A stretch of 64,000 nt of DNA, from IMG/VR virus record IMGVR_UViG_3300048006_000261. One strand, 5' to 3'. The DNA is from an uncultured virus (IMG/VR IMGVR_UViG_3300048006_000261) (Duplodnaviria; Heunggongvirae; Uroviricota; Caudoviricetes). Each line of letters opens with the position of its first letter. Positions within the stretch are counted from its first letter, which is position 1. Made by a program: the position numbers and the translations under genes. The notes below the pieces were generated by a model that searched no databases, was not told the DNA's origin, and saw nothing but the letters and a program-made list of their open reading frames with translations. Below are positions 8,350 to 18,672 of this stretch, one piece after another.

Positions 8350-8883
8350 ATGGCAAACATATTCCAAAACCCGGGAATTAAAAACAACCCAGAAAAAGGT
8401 AGATACTCAGATCCTATTATTCCAGGAATGGGTTCACCTTACAATAAAAGAGGTTGTAAATCATCATACAAGCAAGTGAGTCCAAAAGGAACCATGCCAG
8501 CGACCGTAGAAGATGACTATCAAGAAGAGGGTAGACGCAATCATGTAAAACACCCAACTCTTACTGTTGGTGGTAAACCTTTAGAATATAATCCTAAATT
8601 TGATCCAAATAAATTAATTACCGATCAAAGTGAGAAATCAGATAGAGAGTCACAAAAAAGTAACAATAAGCAAACAGCGTCTCAAGTTAATGCGTTTGGC
8701 CCAGGTTCTAAACTAGCAAAAGAAAATCCTGCTAAAGCTGCAAATATATTTAACGGTATAAAAAGCAACAATAAGCAGGTATTTAAAAACCCAATGGGAA
8801 GAGGTATTAATACTTTACAAAGTCAAGATAACCAAAAACCTTGCAATTGTGCAAAAAAATTAGACAACTGTAACTGTGGGTAA
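8350..8883 (+). CDS. Hypothetical low-complexity protein, possibly virion-associated
   Basis: 177-aa N/K/P-rich ORF. Confidence 0.55.
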   Translation: MANIFQNPGIKNNPEKGRYSDPIIPGMGSPYNKRGCKSSYKQVSPKGTMPATVEDDYQEEGRRNHVKHPTLTVGGKPLEYNPKFDPNKLITDQSEKSDRESQKSNNKQTASQVNAFGPGSKLAKENPAKAANIFNGIKSNNKQVFKNPMGRGINTLQSQDNQKPCNCAKKLDNCNCG

Positions 8884-9586
8884 CATTATAAATAGAGTAA
8901 AAGCTGCACAAGGCTTAAAGTTTCCACCAAACCAAGAGGTAACTATGAACGCCGATGGTAGTGGTGGACCTATATCTATTAATAAACAGACTGACTGGAA
9001 AAGTTGGGGACACGGTGCTTTAGATGTTTTAGGTATGGTACCTGCTTTTGGTAACATAGCAGATGGTATAAATGCAGCTTGGTACTTAGCAGAGGGTGAT
9101 TTAAAGAATGCTGGTTTATCAGGTGCTGCCGCAATACCAGGTCTTGGATTACTTGGTGGTGGAGCAAAATTAAGTATGAAAGCTGCGGGTGCTATGAATG
9201 ATATTAATAAAGCTAGAAAAGTAGCTAAACATACAGATCCTTCAGCAGTTAAGATAGCTTCAAAACTTTATTCAAGTGGTGGTAAAAAAATAGTAAATGC
9301 TTTACCAGAAGTAGTTAAAGATAATATAAGGCAAGTACCAAAAAATATAAAAAAGAATTTTAAAGAAGGTAGTAAGTTTAACATATTTGGAAATAGACCT
9401 GTTAAACTAACTAAAGCAGATAAAGTTTTAGAATATGGTGCTCCCGGTTATGGTTTTGTGGATGGTGTTTATAGAGGAGCAACTGGTCAAACAGAACCTA
9501 TAGAACCTGGTAGTTATAAAAAACAAAGATATATGGGTGGTGTTGCATCATCTAATAGACAAAGCTTAAAATCTTATAAACAATGA
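8876..9586 (+). CDS. Protein with pre-toxin TG (PT-TG)-like segment
   Basis: HGALDVLGMVPAFGNIADGINAAWYLAEGD...AGLSGAAAIPG. Confidence 0.65.
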   Translation: MGNIINRVKAAQGLKFPPNQEVTMNADGSGGPISINKQTDWKSWGHGALDVLGMVPAFGNIADGINAAWYLAEGDLKNAGLSGAAAIPGLGLLGGGAKLSMKAAGAMNDINKARKVAKHTDPSAVKIASKLYSSGGKKIVNALPEVVKDNIRQVPKNIKKNFKEGSKFNIFGNRPVKLTKADKVLEYGAPGYGFVDGVYRGATGQTEPIEPGSYKKQRYMGGVASSNRQSLKSYKQ

Positions 9587-10014
9587 GTTTTAAATTAAAG
9601 AGTAAAGCAGAATTATTTGGTTTAAGAACTATTGTCAATGGTAACATACCTGTTTTTAACAAAAAACTAGATCCAGGTGTAGTTGCTGAAGCAAATAGAG
9701 ATAATACTATATTTGTAGCTGAAGAAGCTCCTGATAGTTATTTAAATGCTAATCTTACTTTAGAAGAGGAGATGGAGCATATATACCAGATGAAACGTGG
9801 TAATCAATATACTAATGAACATATTATTGAAAACACACCATCTGAATTTAATATATATAAAAGAGAAGGTACTAAAATGATACCTATTACTAACAAAGCT
9901 GGTAAGTCTTTTCAAGAAGGAGATGCAGGTGCATCATGGGAAGCAGAAGCTAAAGCTAACGCTAAAAACAATATAAACAATGTACAAGACATGGTTTCAA
10001 AGGCAAAAAGCTAA
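9583..10014 (+). CDS. Zincin-like protein with a variant HExxH site
   Basis: EANRDNTIFV...LEEEMEHIYQM...WEAEA. Confidence 0.45.
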   Translation: MSFKLKSKAELFGLRTIVNGNIPVFNKKLDPGVVAEANRDNTIFVAEEAPDSYLNANLTLEEEMEHIYQMKRGNQYTNEHIIENTPSEFNIYKREGTKMIPITNKAGKSFQEGDAGASWEAEAKANAKNNINNVQDMVSKAKS

Positions 10015-10300
10015 TTCACCTTATAGAGCATCAGCTGCATTAATTGATGGAGCTGCTAGCATTGGTAGAGGTGTGCCTATAGCAGACTCTGCTGCAGAGC
10101 TAAAGCCAAAATCTCAAAAATCAAATAATTATAATCCGCCTGGTCAAGACCAAAACGAAGGTGAAGACACAGACGCTGTTGCTTTAAAAGCTTTAAAAGA
10201 TAGTTTATTAAATGAAACAGACGAAGCTAAAAAAGCTAAAATCCAAGAACAAATAAATGCACTTGAAGTTTCAATTGCAGCTAAAGAACAAACAAAATAA
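9980..10300 (+). CDS. Hypothetical protein
   Basis: 106-aa ORF with a coiled-coil end. Confidence 0.55.
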   Translation: MYKTWFQRQKANSPYRASAALIDGAASIGRGVPIADSAAELKPKSQKSNNYNPPGQDQNEGEDTDAVALKALKDSLLNETDEAKKAKIQEQINALEVSIAAKEQTK

Positions 10301-10304
10301 TATT

Positions 10305-12149
10305 ATGGCATCACCAATAACACAAAGAGTAAAATCGTACGCTAAACAAGTAGTAATCGATCAAGACAAACTTAAAATAGGAGGTACACCTGGAGTAGAA
10401 GATGTAGTTACTAAAATAAATAAAGATCTAGGTGTCACATTCACTGGAGAAGACGGTGGAGATCAGTACGTAAAAGACATAACAGCTGAAAGAGACAGAA
10501 GACAACCTAATATGCCTCTTCAAGATTATATGAAGTTAAAAGACAGACAAAATGCTCAGTCTGGTTCTGTTGGATTTCAAGGTACCGAAAATGGTGAAAA
10601 CGTAGATGCTACACAGTGGAGCAACCAAGATGTTGAATATGGTAATAGAGAAGAAGAACAAATAATTAAAGGGTCAGAAGGTAAACCTGGTGTAGACGCT
10701 TATTTAGATCCTCAGTTTAAAACTAACTTAAGTAGAAGCCAAGCTGCTAATCAAAGAAGAAGAGAAAACATGCTTGATAGATCTACTAAAAGAGATAATA
10801 AAAGAAACTACAGACTATTAAAGAAAACAAAAAGAAAAGTTGGTTCTTTAACACCTGAGCAACAAAAGCAATTTGATTACTTAGAAAAAAATAGATTTAC
10901 AGGTGGTCAAATGAATGACTATAACAAAGATTCTAGTGGTAATATAACTGGTAATAAACTGCAAGATGGTAGTTCTAGCTTGAATAACCCTATTGGTTGG
11001 ACAGAGCAAACCTCTGGTACTGGAAAAGGTGGTCAAACACAAGCTACACTTGCAAATATAGAAAGATATAAGAAAGAATACGGTGTTGAGCCAACAATAG
11101 TAGATGGTAATATTAGTTTCCAAAAGCAAAATGCTAAAAGTGGATATTCACAAAAAGGTTATAGTGGTTATCAAAACGCGCCTTCACCTAAAAAAAATAA
11201 GATTTATGGTAAGATTGGTGAAGCTATAGGTGGAATTGTTGGTAAATTTTCTAAGAAGAAAAAAATAGATTTTAAATCTACAAACACTAAGTTAAGTAAA
11301 GATCCTAAACAAATTGGAGATGGTAGAAACTTACCAGATATTAAAAAACCAAAACCATCCTCTGGTGGTGGAGCAACGGGAGGTTCAATTGGAGGTGCTT
11401 TGAAAACCATTGGTCAAATCGGTTTAGGTGCTACACTTGGATATGGTGCGGCTAAAATGTTATTAGGTTCTACTAACAAACCAGATAACAATCCGAATCC
11501 AAGCCCTGAGCCTTCAAAACCTAAAGTGTCTTACGATGAAGCTTACAAAAATAGAGATAGAAAGACATATGGTCATATGAATAAATCTAACTATATAAAA
11601 GAAGCTAAAAGACAAAACGATGTATTTGCTAAGACTGGCAAATGGGATTATAAGAACGCTCCTAAGGATCCAGGACCAGTAAGTTCTATTAAACCTTCTA
11701 AAGTAGCACCAGTATCAAGTGGTGCACTTGAGGTTAAAGCTCCTGTGAATTTAGATAAAATATCTCAACCAGAAAGAAAAAAACCTATTATTAGTAATAA
11801 ACAAGAAAAAGCTAATAATAAGTTAGAAAGATTACAAGGTAGAAAAGTAACACCAAGACGTCAAAACAGGATAGCTAAACAACAAGATAAAGCCGCGGGA
11901 TTAAGTAGAGGAGAAGTTAGAAAAAACAAGCTAATGAGAAAAGCTGGTAACATGCCTTCTGAATCTCAATCATCAATATCTATGCCAAGAGTAATGACTG
12001 GTGCACAATACAACCAAGTTAAGAAATTAGGTAATGGAAGTGCTATAGACGCTGTAACAAGTGGTAAGGTAACAATACAAGGATTAGAAGATCAATTAAA
12101 ATCGGCTAGTGGATTTAGACAAAAAGGCTGGTCAGGTTATCAAAAATAA
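10305..12149 (+). CDS. Large basic low-complexity protein, probable internal virion protein
   Basis: K/G/Q-rich; likely start MASP at 10305. Confidence 0.55.
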   Translation: MASPITQRVKSYAKQVVIDQDKLKIGGTPGVEDVVTKINKDLGVTFTGEDGGDQYVKDITAERDRRQPNMPLQDYMKLKDRQNAQSGSVGFQGTENGENVDATQWSNQDVEYGNREEEQIIKGSEGKPGVDAYLDPQFKTNLSRSQAANQRRRENMLDRSTKRDNKRNYRLLKKTKRKVGSLTPEQQKQFDYLEKNRFTGGQMNDYNKDSSGNITGNKLQDGSSSLNNPIGWTEQTSGTGKGGQTQATLANIERYKKEYGVEPTIVDGNISFQKQNAKSGYSQKGYSGYQNAPSPKKNKIYGKIGEAIGGIVGKFSKKKKIDFKSTNTKLSKDPKQIGDGRNLPDIKKPKPSSGGGATGGSIGGALKTIGQIGLGATLGYGAAKMLLGSTNKPDNNPNPSPEPSKPKVSYDEAYKNRDRKTYGHMNKSNYIKEAKRQNDVFAKTGKWDYKNAPKDPGPVSSIKPSKVAPVSSGALEVKAPVNLDKISQPERKKPIISNKQEKANNKLERLQGRKVTPRRQNRIAKQQDKAAGLSRGEVRKNKLMRKAGNMPSESQSSISMPRVMTGAQYNQVKKLGNGSAIDAVTSGKVTIQGLEDQLKSASGFRQKGWSGYQK

Positions 12150-12153
12150 ATAG

Positions 12154-12552
12154 ATGAGTAAGTTATTAGCTAAATTATTCGGCGGAGCCGGTGGAAGTAT
12201 ATTAGAAAAATTATCAGGCGTTGCCGATAAGTTTATACAAACTAAAGAAGAAAAAGCTCAGTTTGAAAAAGAGATGACTGAGATAATGATAAAAGCTGAA
12301 GCTGAGATGCAGAAAAATGTAACTGATCGATGGCAGGCTGATTTACAACACGGTAACTGGCTAACTAGATCAGTGAGACCGTTGGTACTTATATTTTTAA
12401 TTGTTTCTACAGTATTGTTAGTTTTTATCGATAGTGGAGCAATTGGTTTTAATGTAGAACAAAAATGGACAGATCTTCTACAGCTTGTTTTAATCACCGT
12501 TATAGGTGCTTATTTCGGTGGACGAAGTTTTGAAAAACTAAAAAAGAAATAA
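12154..12552 (+). CDS. Holin (3TM/GTA holin-like)
   Basis: RWQAD...WLTRSVRPLVL...YFGGRSFEK with hydrophobic segments. Confidence 0.8.
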   Translation: MSKLLAKLFGGAGGSILEKLSGVADKFIQTKEEKAQFEKEMTEIMIKAEAEMQKNVTDRWQADLQHGNWLTRSVRPLVLIFLIVSTVLLVFIDSGAIGFNVEQKWTDLLQLVLITVIGAYFGGRSFEKLKKK

Positions 12553-12555
12553 ATA

Positions 12556-12906
12556 ATGGCTAGAATAAATAACTATGCACAAGACGCCAGTGTTACTGAT
12601 AATGATAAACTCTTAGGATCTGACGAAAATGGAAATACTAAAAACTTTAGTTTATCAAGTCTTAGTGCTTTTTTTGCTAGCAACGTAGGTGTAAAAAAAC
12701 ATCATCAAAACAATGCATCCGCCACTTGGACCATAACACATAATCTAGACTTAGTAGATTACCTACCTTGTATTAATGTCAAGTTATCGGGTGGAGGAAC
12801 TTTTAACAATGTTCAAGCTATGGGCATTGTTACTTATTTAACAAAGGATTCATTAAGAATTAATTTTTTGAACGCAAAAAGCGGATATGCATACTTAAAA
12901 AAATAA
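12556..12906 (+). CDS. Tail fibre-associated protein
   Basis: ASATWTITHNL and SGYAYL motifs typical of phage fibre modules. Confidence 0.6.
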   Translation: MARINNYAQDASVTDNDKLLGSDENGNTKNFSLSSLSAFFASNVGVKKHHQNNASATWTITHNLDLVDYLPCINVKLSGGGTFNNVQAMGIVTYLTKDSLRINFLNAKSGYAYLKK

Positions 12907-12946
12907 AACAACAACTAATAATTAATAAATAACTTAAACAACAACA

Positions 12947-14986
12947 ATGGCAATACCTATTTTAAATCACATGGACTTCGGCAATGCAGCCGAAATTCAA
13001 AACGTACTGCTCCACACAACTGGTTCTGGTGATGTCACGTCGCCTGGTACGGGGCAAATTATTTATGATTCAGGCACGGTAAAAGTGTATAATGGATCTG
13101 CATGGTTATCACTAGCTTCTGGCGGTGGTACTAGAACAGTGCAGATAGACACTAACGGTGATGGATCTGTAAACAACACATTAGAAACATCAGAAAACTT
13201 AGTTCTTAAAAAAGGATCTGGCGTTACACTAGCAGAAGTTGGTGGTGTAGTTACAATATCAGCTAACAGCACATTAACACAAGAACAAGTTGAAGACTAT
13301 GTTGGTGGAATGCTTGATGGTACTGAAACTGGTATATCTGTATCTTATGACGATACAAATGGCAACTTAGACTTTGTAATTGGAGCTGGTGATATTGTTC
13401 ACTCAATGCTTGCTGATGATGCGGTTGATGCTGATAACTTAGCTTCAGACGCTGTTGTTACAGCTAGTATAGTTGATGCAAATGTTACTACAGCTAAAAT
13501 AGCTGATGCTAATATAACAATGGCTAAGCTAGCTAATATAGCTACAGATACTTTCATAGGTAGAACTGCTGCTAGCGCTGGTGTTCCAAAAGCTTTATCA
13601 AAAGCTGAAGCATTAGCAATACTTAATGTAGCTGATGGTGCACAAGTAAATGTTTCTGGTGATTCTGGTAATGCTGCTATTTATGACAATAGTGGAACGC
13701 CAACTTTAAAGAGTGGAATAACACAAGCTGAAATGGCAACGGCACTCGGTTATGAAGATGGTGCAACTACAGATCAAACAGCTGCAGAAATAAGAACTTT
13801 AGTTGGAACTGGTAATAATAACTTTGTACCAGCTGCTGGATCAAACGGAGAGTTCTTAAAACATGATGGTACATTTGGTACTCCATCTTATACAACTAAT
13901 AGTGACGTAGATGTATCTAACGCTAACTTATTAACCAGATTAGCTGCGTTACAATCTGCAAGTGGTGCTGCTGATGAAAATATAGTTATAGGTACTGATA
14001 GTGGTGATACAATAGTAATAACTGGTAACTTACAAGTTTCAGGTACTACTACAACTGTAAATTCAACCACAGTAAGTCTTAACGATCACAATATAGTACT
14101 TGATAGTGGAAACAGTACAGCAGCTGTTGTTAACGGCGCTGGTATTACACTTGAAGGTGGTTCTGGAGATGATGCAACATTTACATACAGTACAACAGGA
14201 CCTAAGTTTGAATTAAAACTTGGATCAAGTTATGAAGACTTACAAGTTGATCAGTTAATCGCTGCTTCATTAGATATATCTGGAAACGTTGATGTTGATG
14301 GAACTTTAGAAGCTGACGCAATAACTCTTAACGGAACAGCTTTAGGTGCATTAGCATTATTAGGCACTGTAGCTGCGGGACAAATTGATTCTAACGCGGT
14401 AACTACTGCTAAAATAAACGCTGATGCTGTAACTAAAGCTAAAATTGCTGATAACGCAATTGATTCAGAACATTATACAGATGGTTCTATTGACAACGCT
14501 CACATTGCAGATGCTACAATTGAAAATGCTAAATTAGCAAACTCTGCTATAACAATAGATGGTTCTGCTATTTCATTAGGTGGTTCAATAACAACAAACA
14601 ACACTCAAAGATCTGTAGCTTCAGTTGCTGAGGTACAAACAGGTTCTGATAATACAAAAGTTGTAACACCTCTTAGATTAGCTCAAGCTAAAAATGTTGT
14701 TCAAGTTATTGATGTTTCATCTCTACATGCTACTCAACTAAACGCTGTAATACAACATGATTTAGGTACTAAAGCACTACAGGTAACGGCTCAATATAAA
14801 GGTGCTGCTGCAGATTATCGACAAGTTATAATTGATTGGACTACAAACTCAGATACTAGTGGCACAGACAGTGATAACCACATTTTAGTGCAATTTGCAA
14901 AAGTTCCTGAGTATGATGTAACTGTTCAAATACACAGTAAAGAAAACGCTGCAACTGCAACAGGTATAACGTATCCAACATCTTAA
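12947..14986 (+). CDS. Tail fibre protein
   Basis: VTTAKIAD repeats, GNLQVSGTTTTVNST, KVVTPLRL. Confidence 0.8.
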   Translation: MAIPILNHMDFGNAAEIQNVLLHTTGSGDVTSPGTGQIIYDSGTVKVYNGSAWLSLASGGGTRTVQIDTNGDGSVNNTLETSENLVLKKGSGVTLAEVGGVVTISANSTLTQEQVEDYVGGMLDGTETGISVSYDDTNGNLDFVIGAGDIVHSMLADDAVDADNLASDAVVTASIVDANVTTAKIADANITMAKLANIATDTFIGRTAASAGVPKALSKAEALAILNVADGAQVNVSGDSGNAAIYDNSGTPTLKSGITQAEMATALGYEDGATTDQTAAEIRTLVGTGNNNFVPAAGSNGEFLKHDGTFGTPSYTTNSDVDVSNANLLTRLAALQSASGAADENIVIGTDSGDTIVITGNLQVSGTTTTVNSTTVSLNDHNIVLDSGNSTAAVVNGAGITLEGGSGDDATFTYSTTGPKFELKLGSSYEDLQVDQLIAASLDISGNVDVDGTLEADAITLNGTALGALALLGTVAAGQIDSNAVTTAKINADAVTKAKIADNAIDSEHYTDGSIDNAHIADATIENAKLANSAITIDGSAISLGGSITTNNTQRSVASVAEVQTGSDNTKVVTPLRLAQAKNVVQVIDVSSLHATQLNAVIQHDLGTKALQVTAQYKGAAADYRQVIIDWTTNSDTSGTDSDNHILVQFAKVPEYDVTVQIHSKENAATATGITYPTS

Positions 14987-15001
14987 TAATACAAATAATA
15001 T

Positions 15002-15031
15002 AGACGGTACCTTCGGGTGCCGTTTGTATTT
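15002..15031 (+). terminator. Rho-independent terminator
   Basis: AGACGGTACC-TTCG-GGTGCCGTTT followed by a T-rich tract. Confidence 0.7.
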
Positions 15032-15047
15032 AATTTAAATAAACAAT

Positions 15048-15485
15048 ATGGCAATACCAATTCTATCTGACGTTGGAATAAAAGGCAGTCTTACTATAGA
15101 CGGAGACTTTAGTTTTCAAAGGCAAGGTTCAAAATCAATAACTCACAGTAGTGGTGTTTTTGCTATTGACTTTAGTGATGATGCTAATTATTATATATGC
15201 ACAGTTGTTAATGAATCATTTGTTGATCACAGTATTAGTTTTTCAAACATTAGTGGTAATGTTGGTCAGTCTGGTACTATTATAATAAATAACCCCAATA
15301 TAGTATCTACAAATTTTATTAGTTGGGACAGTCCGGCTTTACCAAGTACAGCTTACACACCAGGTGGAAGCGCTATAACATTTGGATCAGGTAGCCAAAC
15401 AATAGCTGTAATGACTTATTTTATAGTTTCATCCACAAAAGTATTAGTTAACTACGTATCAGGTTTCTCCTCATACCCACAATAA
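15048..15485 (+). CDS. Tail fibre adaptor-like protein
   Basis: Shares the MAIPIL N-terminus with the 12947 fibre; beta-rich. Confidence 0.55.
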   Translation: MAIPILSDVGIKGSLTIDGDFSFQRQGSKSITHSSGVFAIDFSDDANYYICTVVNESFVDHSISFSNISGNVGQSGTIIINNPNIVSTNFISWDSPALPSTAYTPGGSAITFGSGSQTIAVMTYFIVSSTKVLVNYVSGFSSYPQ

Positions 15486-15494
15486 AATTAGCGT

Positions 15495-18110
15495 ATGAAC
15501 TTTCTCTGGAGTAAAATTAATTTTTTCAGTAAGTCAACCAGTAGATCAACAACAAAATCTACAGGAACCAGTAAGAGTACGACTACTACGTATAACACTA
15601 GTACAACAACAGCTTATAATACTAGTACAACAACAGTTAAGTCTACAACTACTGCTTACAGCACTTCTAGAGCTACAGCTACTAGTAGAAGTACAAACAC
15701 TACTATATCTACTAATAGATCTACAACAACAACATTTTCTACATCAACAGTTGTTTCAACAAGTAAAAATACTACTACTACTTTTTTAACATCAACTACA
15801 ATTGCAACTAGTAGAAATACAACTACAGTTTATACTACAAATTACAATACGTCGACAATAACGTCAACAATTACTATAACTGTATTTAATACTAGCACGA
15901 CTACAACTTTTAATACTAGTACGTTAACTTCTTTTAACACAGCGTTTAATACGTCTACCGTAACGGTTAAAACCACATCTACATCAAGAAGTACAGTTGT
16001 TAGCACTAGTAGAAATACTACTACTACTTTTAATACATCTACTGTTACAACTGTAGATACGGCTAGAAACACTACTACTACTTACACAACTACATACAAC
16101 ACGTTTTTAGGAAATACGTTAAAATCAACAGCTACTATATACAACACTAGTACAACTACTAATAGAAATACAACTATTAGCACTAGCAGAAGCACAACAA
16201 CAACTTTCGCTACTAGTAAAACAACTTTAGAAAGTAGAAATACAACAGTTAGCACTAGTAAAAGTACAACTACAGTATTTAATACGTCTACAACAACTAT
16301 ATTTAGTACTACAACAACTTTTGCAACGAGCAGAAATACTACTGAATCAAGAAACACTACTACCGCGTATTCTACTACTACTGTTTTTAATACTACTAAA
16401 AGTACAACAACAACATTCAACACCAGTACTACTACAGTTTATTCAACGACAACAACTTTTAACACGTCTAGAGCAACAATAGAGCAAAGGTCTACTACAA
16501 CTGTTTATACTACGACTACTACTTTCAACACTAGTAAAGCAACTACAACAAGTAGAGCTACTACTATATCAACTAGTAGATCAACTACGACAACTTTTGC
16601 AACGTCAAGAAATACTACTGAAAGTCGAAGTACAACTACAGTGTTTGCTACTACGACAGTATTTAATACATCTAGAACTACTACAACCGTATACACAACT
16701 ACATTTGCCACTAGTAGAAACACTACAGAATCTAGAAGTACGACAACCGCATATTCCACTAGTACTGTTTTTAATACTACTAAAACTACGACTACCGCTT
16801 TTACAACAACATTTGCGACATCAAAAAATACCACAGAGAGTAGAACAACAAATACAGTTTATGCAACTATCACAGTGTTTAATACTAGTAAATCAACAAC
16901 TACTATATTTACAACTACTATTGCTACGTCTAGAACAACTACAACAAATAGATCTACAACTACAACATACACAACAAACACAGTATTTAACACTAGTACA
17001 ACTACAACAACTACTTTTGCTACAAGTAGATCAACAGCTGAAAGTAGAAGCACAACAACAAGTAGATCAACAACTACCGCGTTTAACACATCTACTATAA
17101 CTGTATTTAATACATCTACTACGTTTAACACTAGTAGAAGCACGACGACTACGTTTAACACTACTAGATCAACAACTACAACGTTTGCTACATCTAGATC
17201 AACATCAACATCTAGGGTAACTACAATAGCAACTAGTAGATCAACAACTACTACATTTGCTACTTCAAGAAACACTACTGAATCTAGGAGTACAACGACA
17301 ACATATACGACAACAACTACATTTAATACAAGTAGAGCAACAACAGAGAGCAGATCTACTACGACTACTTATACAACTACCACGACGTTTAACACTAGTA
17401 GAAACACAACTGAAAGTAGAAGTACAACTACAACTTATAGCACTACAACTACGTTTACAACTGGTATATCAACAACTAGAGGAACTAGCAAGTCAACAAC
17501 AACAGCTTACAATACTACAACATCGTTTAACACAACTTACGCTACAACATATACAACAACATTTAACACAACGTATATAACAACGTTTAACACAGCGGCT
17601 AGCGTTACGGCTTTTAGCTCAACAGCTGCAAGTAATTTTAATGGTGCGTGTAATGCGTTTATGGGAGCTACATATTATGGAACAAACGTTTCTAGTGGAT
17701 TACCCCAAGCAAATAGCTATGTGTATACAAACTCTGCTGGTACATCAGCATTGGCTGGAGCATGGTATGGAGCTCAAGATGCTATTGCATTTAGTCCAAC
17801 ACATAAATATAAAATAATCAGTGGTGGTCAGGTTGCGGGAGCTCCTACCTCATGTGGCGGTGGTGGTGGTTTTCCTTCAGACAGAAAATTGAAAAAACAT
17901 ATTAAGTTAATAGGCAAATCTAATAAAGGTATAAATATATATAGCTTTGAATTTAAAAAAGGTATATATGCTGATAAATTTGCTGGTGTATGGCAAGGTG
18001 TTATGGCTGATGAAGTTGAACATATTGATGGAGCTGTACTAAACCACAGAAACAGTAAGTGGGTTGACTATAGTATGTTAGATGTAGAATTTAAAACAAT
18101 TAAATCATGA
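15495..18110 (+). CDS. Thr-rich repeat fibre protein A with C-terminal peptidase S74 intramolecular chaperone
   Basis: About 690 aa of T/S-rich repeats, then SDRKLKKHIK...GVMADEV...VDYSML. Confidence 0.85.
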   Translation: MNFLWSKINFFSKSTSRSTTKSTGTSKSTTTTYNTSTTTAYNTSTTTVKSTTTAYSTSRATATSRSTNTTISTNRSTTTTFSTSTVVSTSKNTTTTFLTSTTIATSRNTTTVYTTNYNTSTITSTITITVFNTSTTTTFNTSTLTSFNTAFNTSTVTVKTTSTSRSTVVSTSRNTTTTFNTSTVTTVDTARNTTTTYTTTYNTFLGNTLKSTATIYNTSTTTNRNTTISTSRSTTTTFATSKTTLESRNTTVSTSKSTTTVFNTSTTTIFSTTTTFATSRNTTESRNTTTAYSTTTVFNTTKSTTTTFNTSTTTVYSTTTTFNTSRATIEQRSTTTVYTTTTTFNTSKATTTSRATTISTSRSTTTTFATSRNTTESRSTTTVFATTTVFNTSRTTTTVYTTTFATSRNTTESRSTTTAYSTSTVFNTTKTTTTAFTTTFATSKNTTESRTTNTVYATITVFNTSKSTTTIFTTTIATSRTTTTNRSTTTTYTTNTVFNTSTTTTTTFATSRSTAESRSTTTSRSTTTAFNTSTITVFNTSTTFNTSRSTTTTFNTTRSTTTTFATSRSTSTSRVTTIATSRSTTTTFATSRNTTESRSTTTTYTTTTTFNTSRATTESRSTTTTYTTTTTFNTSRNTTESRSTTTTYSTTTTFTTGISTTRGTSKSTTTAYNTTTSFNTTYATTYTTTFNTTYITTFNTAASVTAFSSTAASNFNGACNAFMGATYYGTNVSSGLPQANSYVYTNSAGTSALAGAWYGAQDAIAFSPTHKYKIISGGQVAGAPTSCGGGGGFPSDRKLKKHIKLIGKSNKGINIYSFEFKKGIYADKFAGVWQGVMADEVEHIDGAVLNHRNSKWVDYSMLDVEFKTIKS

Positions 18111-18670
18111 GTGCATATATAAACGAAAACCTAATAAGTACCCACGATGGTACTAAATTTGAAATAATAAAAGAAACTAAAACCTCTGTAGAAGATGGTA
18201 CAACACAATTTGTGATGTCACATTTAAAATATAAATCTGATGTTTACCATAGATATTATAACTCTTTGTATACTGCTAAAATAAAAGCAGGTGATTGTAA
18301 TAGTTGTGGTTTTGATAACAGTATTTTTGATAATGCAGTTTGGGGTGATGTTTTAATATTAGGACTTGGTTTAGGTTCTTTTCCTGAATATGTAAAAAAT
18401 ACTAAATCACCAACAAGTGTGGACGTTGTTGAACAAGACTCTGAGATAGTTTCTATTGTAAACTGGATGCATAGTGATATAAATGTAATAACACATGACG
18501 AGTGGACTTACTCAACAACAAAGCTATATGATTTAATATTGGTAGATATTTTTGCAGAACCAAACGATGTATCTGACGATCATAAGACAGCGTTAAGAAA
18601 TAATTATATTAATAACTTAAAGACAGATGGTAAATTACTAATACAAATATCTGGCGATATAATAACTTAA
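18107..18670 (+). CDS. SAM-dependent methyltransferase (spermidine-synthase-like Rossmann fold)
   Basis: VLILGLGLG, VDVVEQD, YDLILVD motifs. Confidence 0.8.
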   Translation: MSAYINENLISTHDGTKFEIIKETKTSVEDGTTQFVMSHLKYKSDVYHRYYNSLYTAKIKAGDCNSCGFDNSIFDNAVWGDVLILGLGLGSFPEYVKNTKSPTSVDVVEQDSEIVSIVNWMHSDINVITHDEWTYSTTKLYDLILVDIFAEPNDVSDDHKTALRNNYINNLKTDGKLLIQISGDIIT

Positions 18671-18672
18671 CT

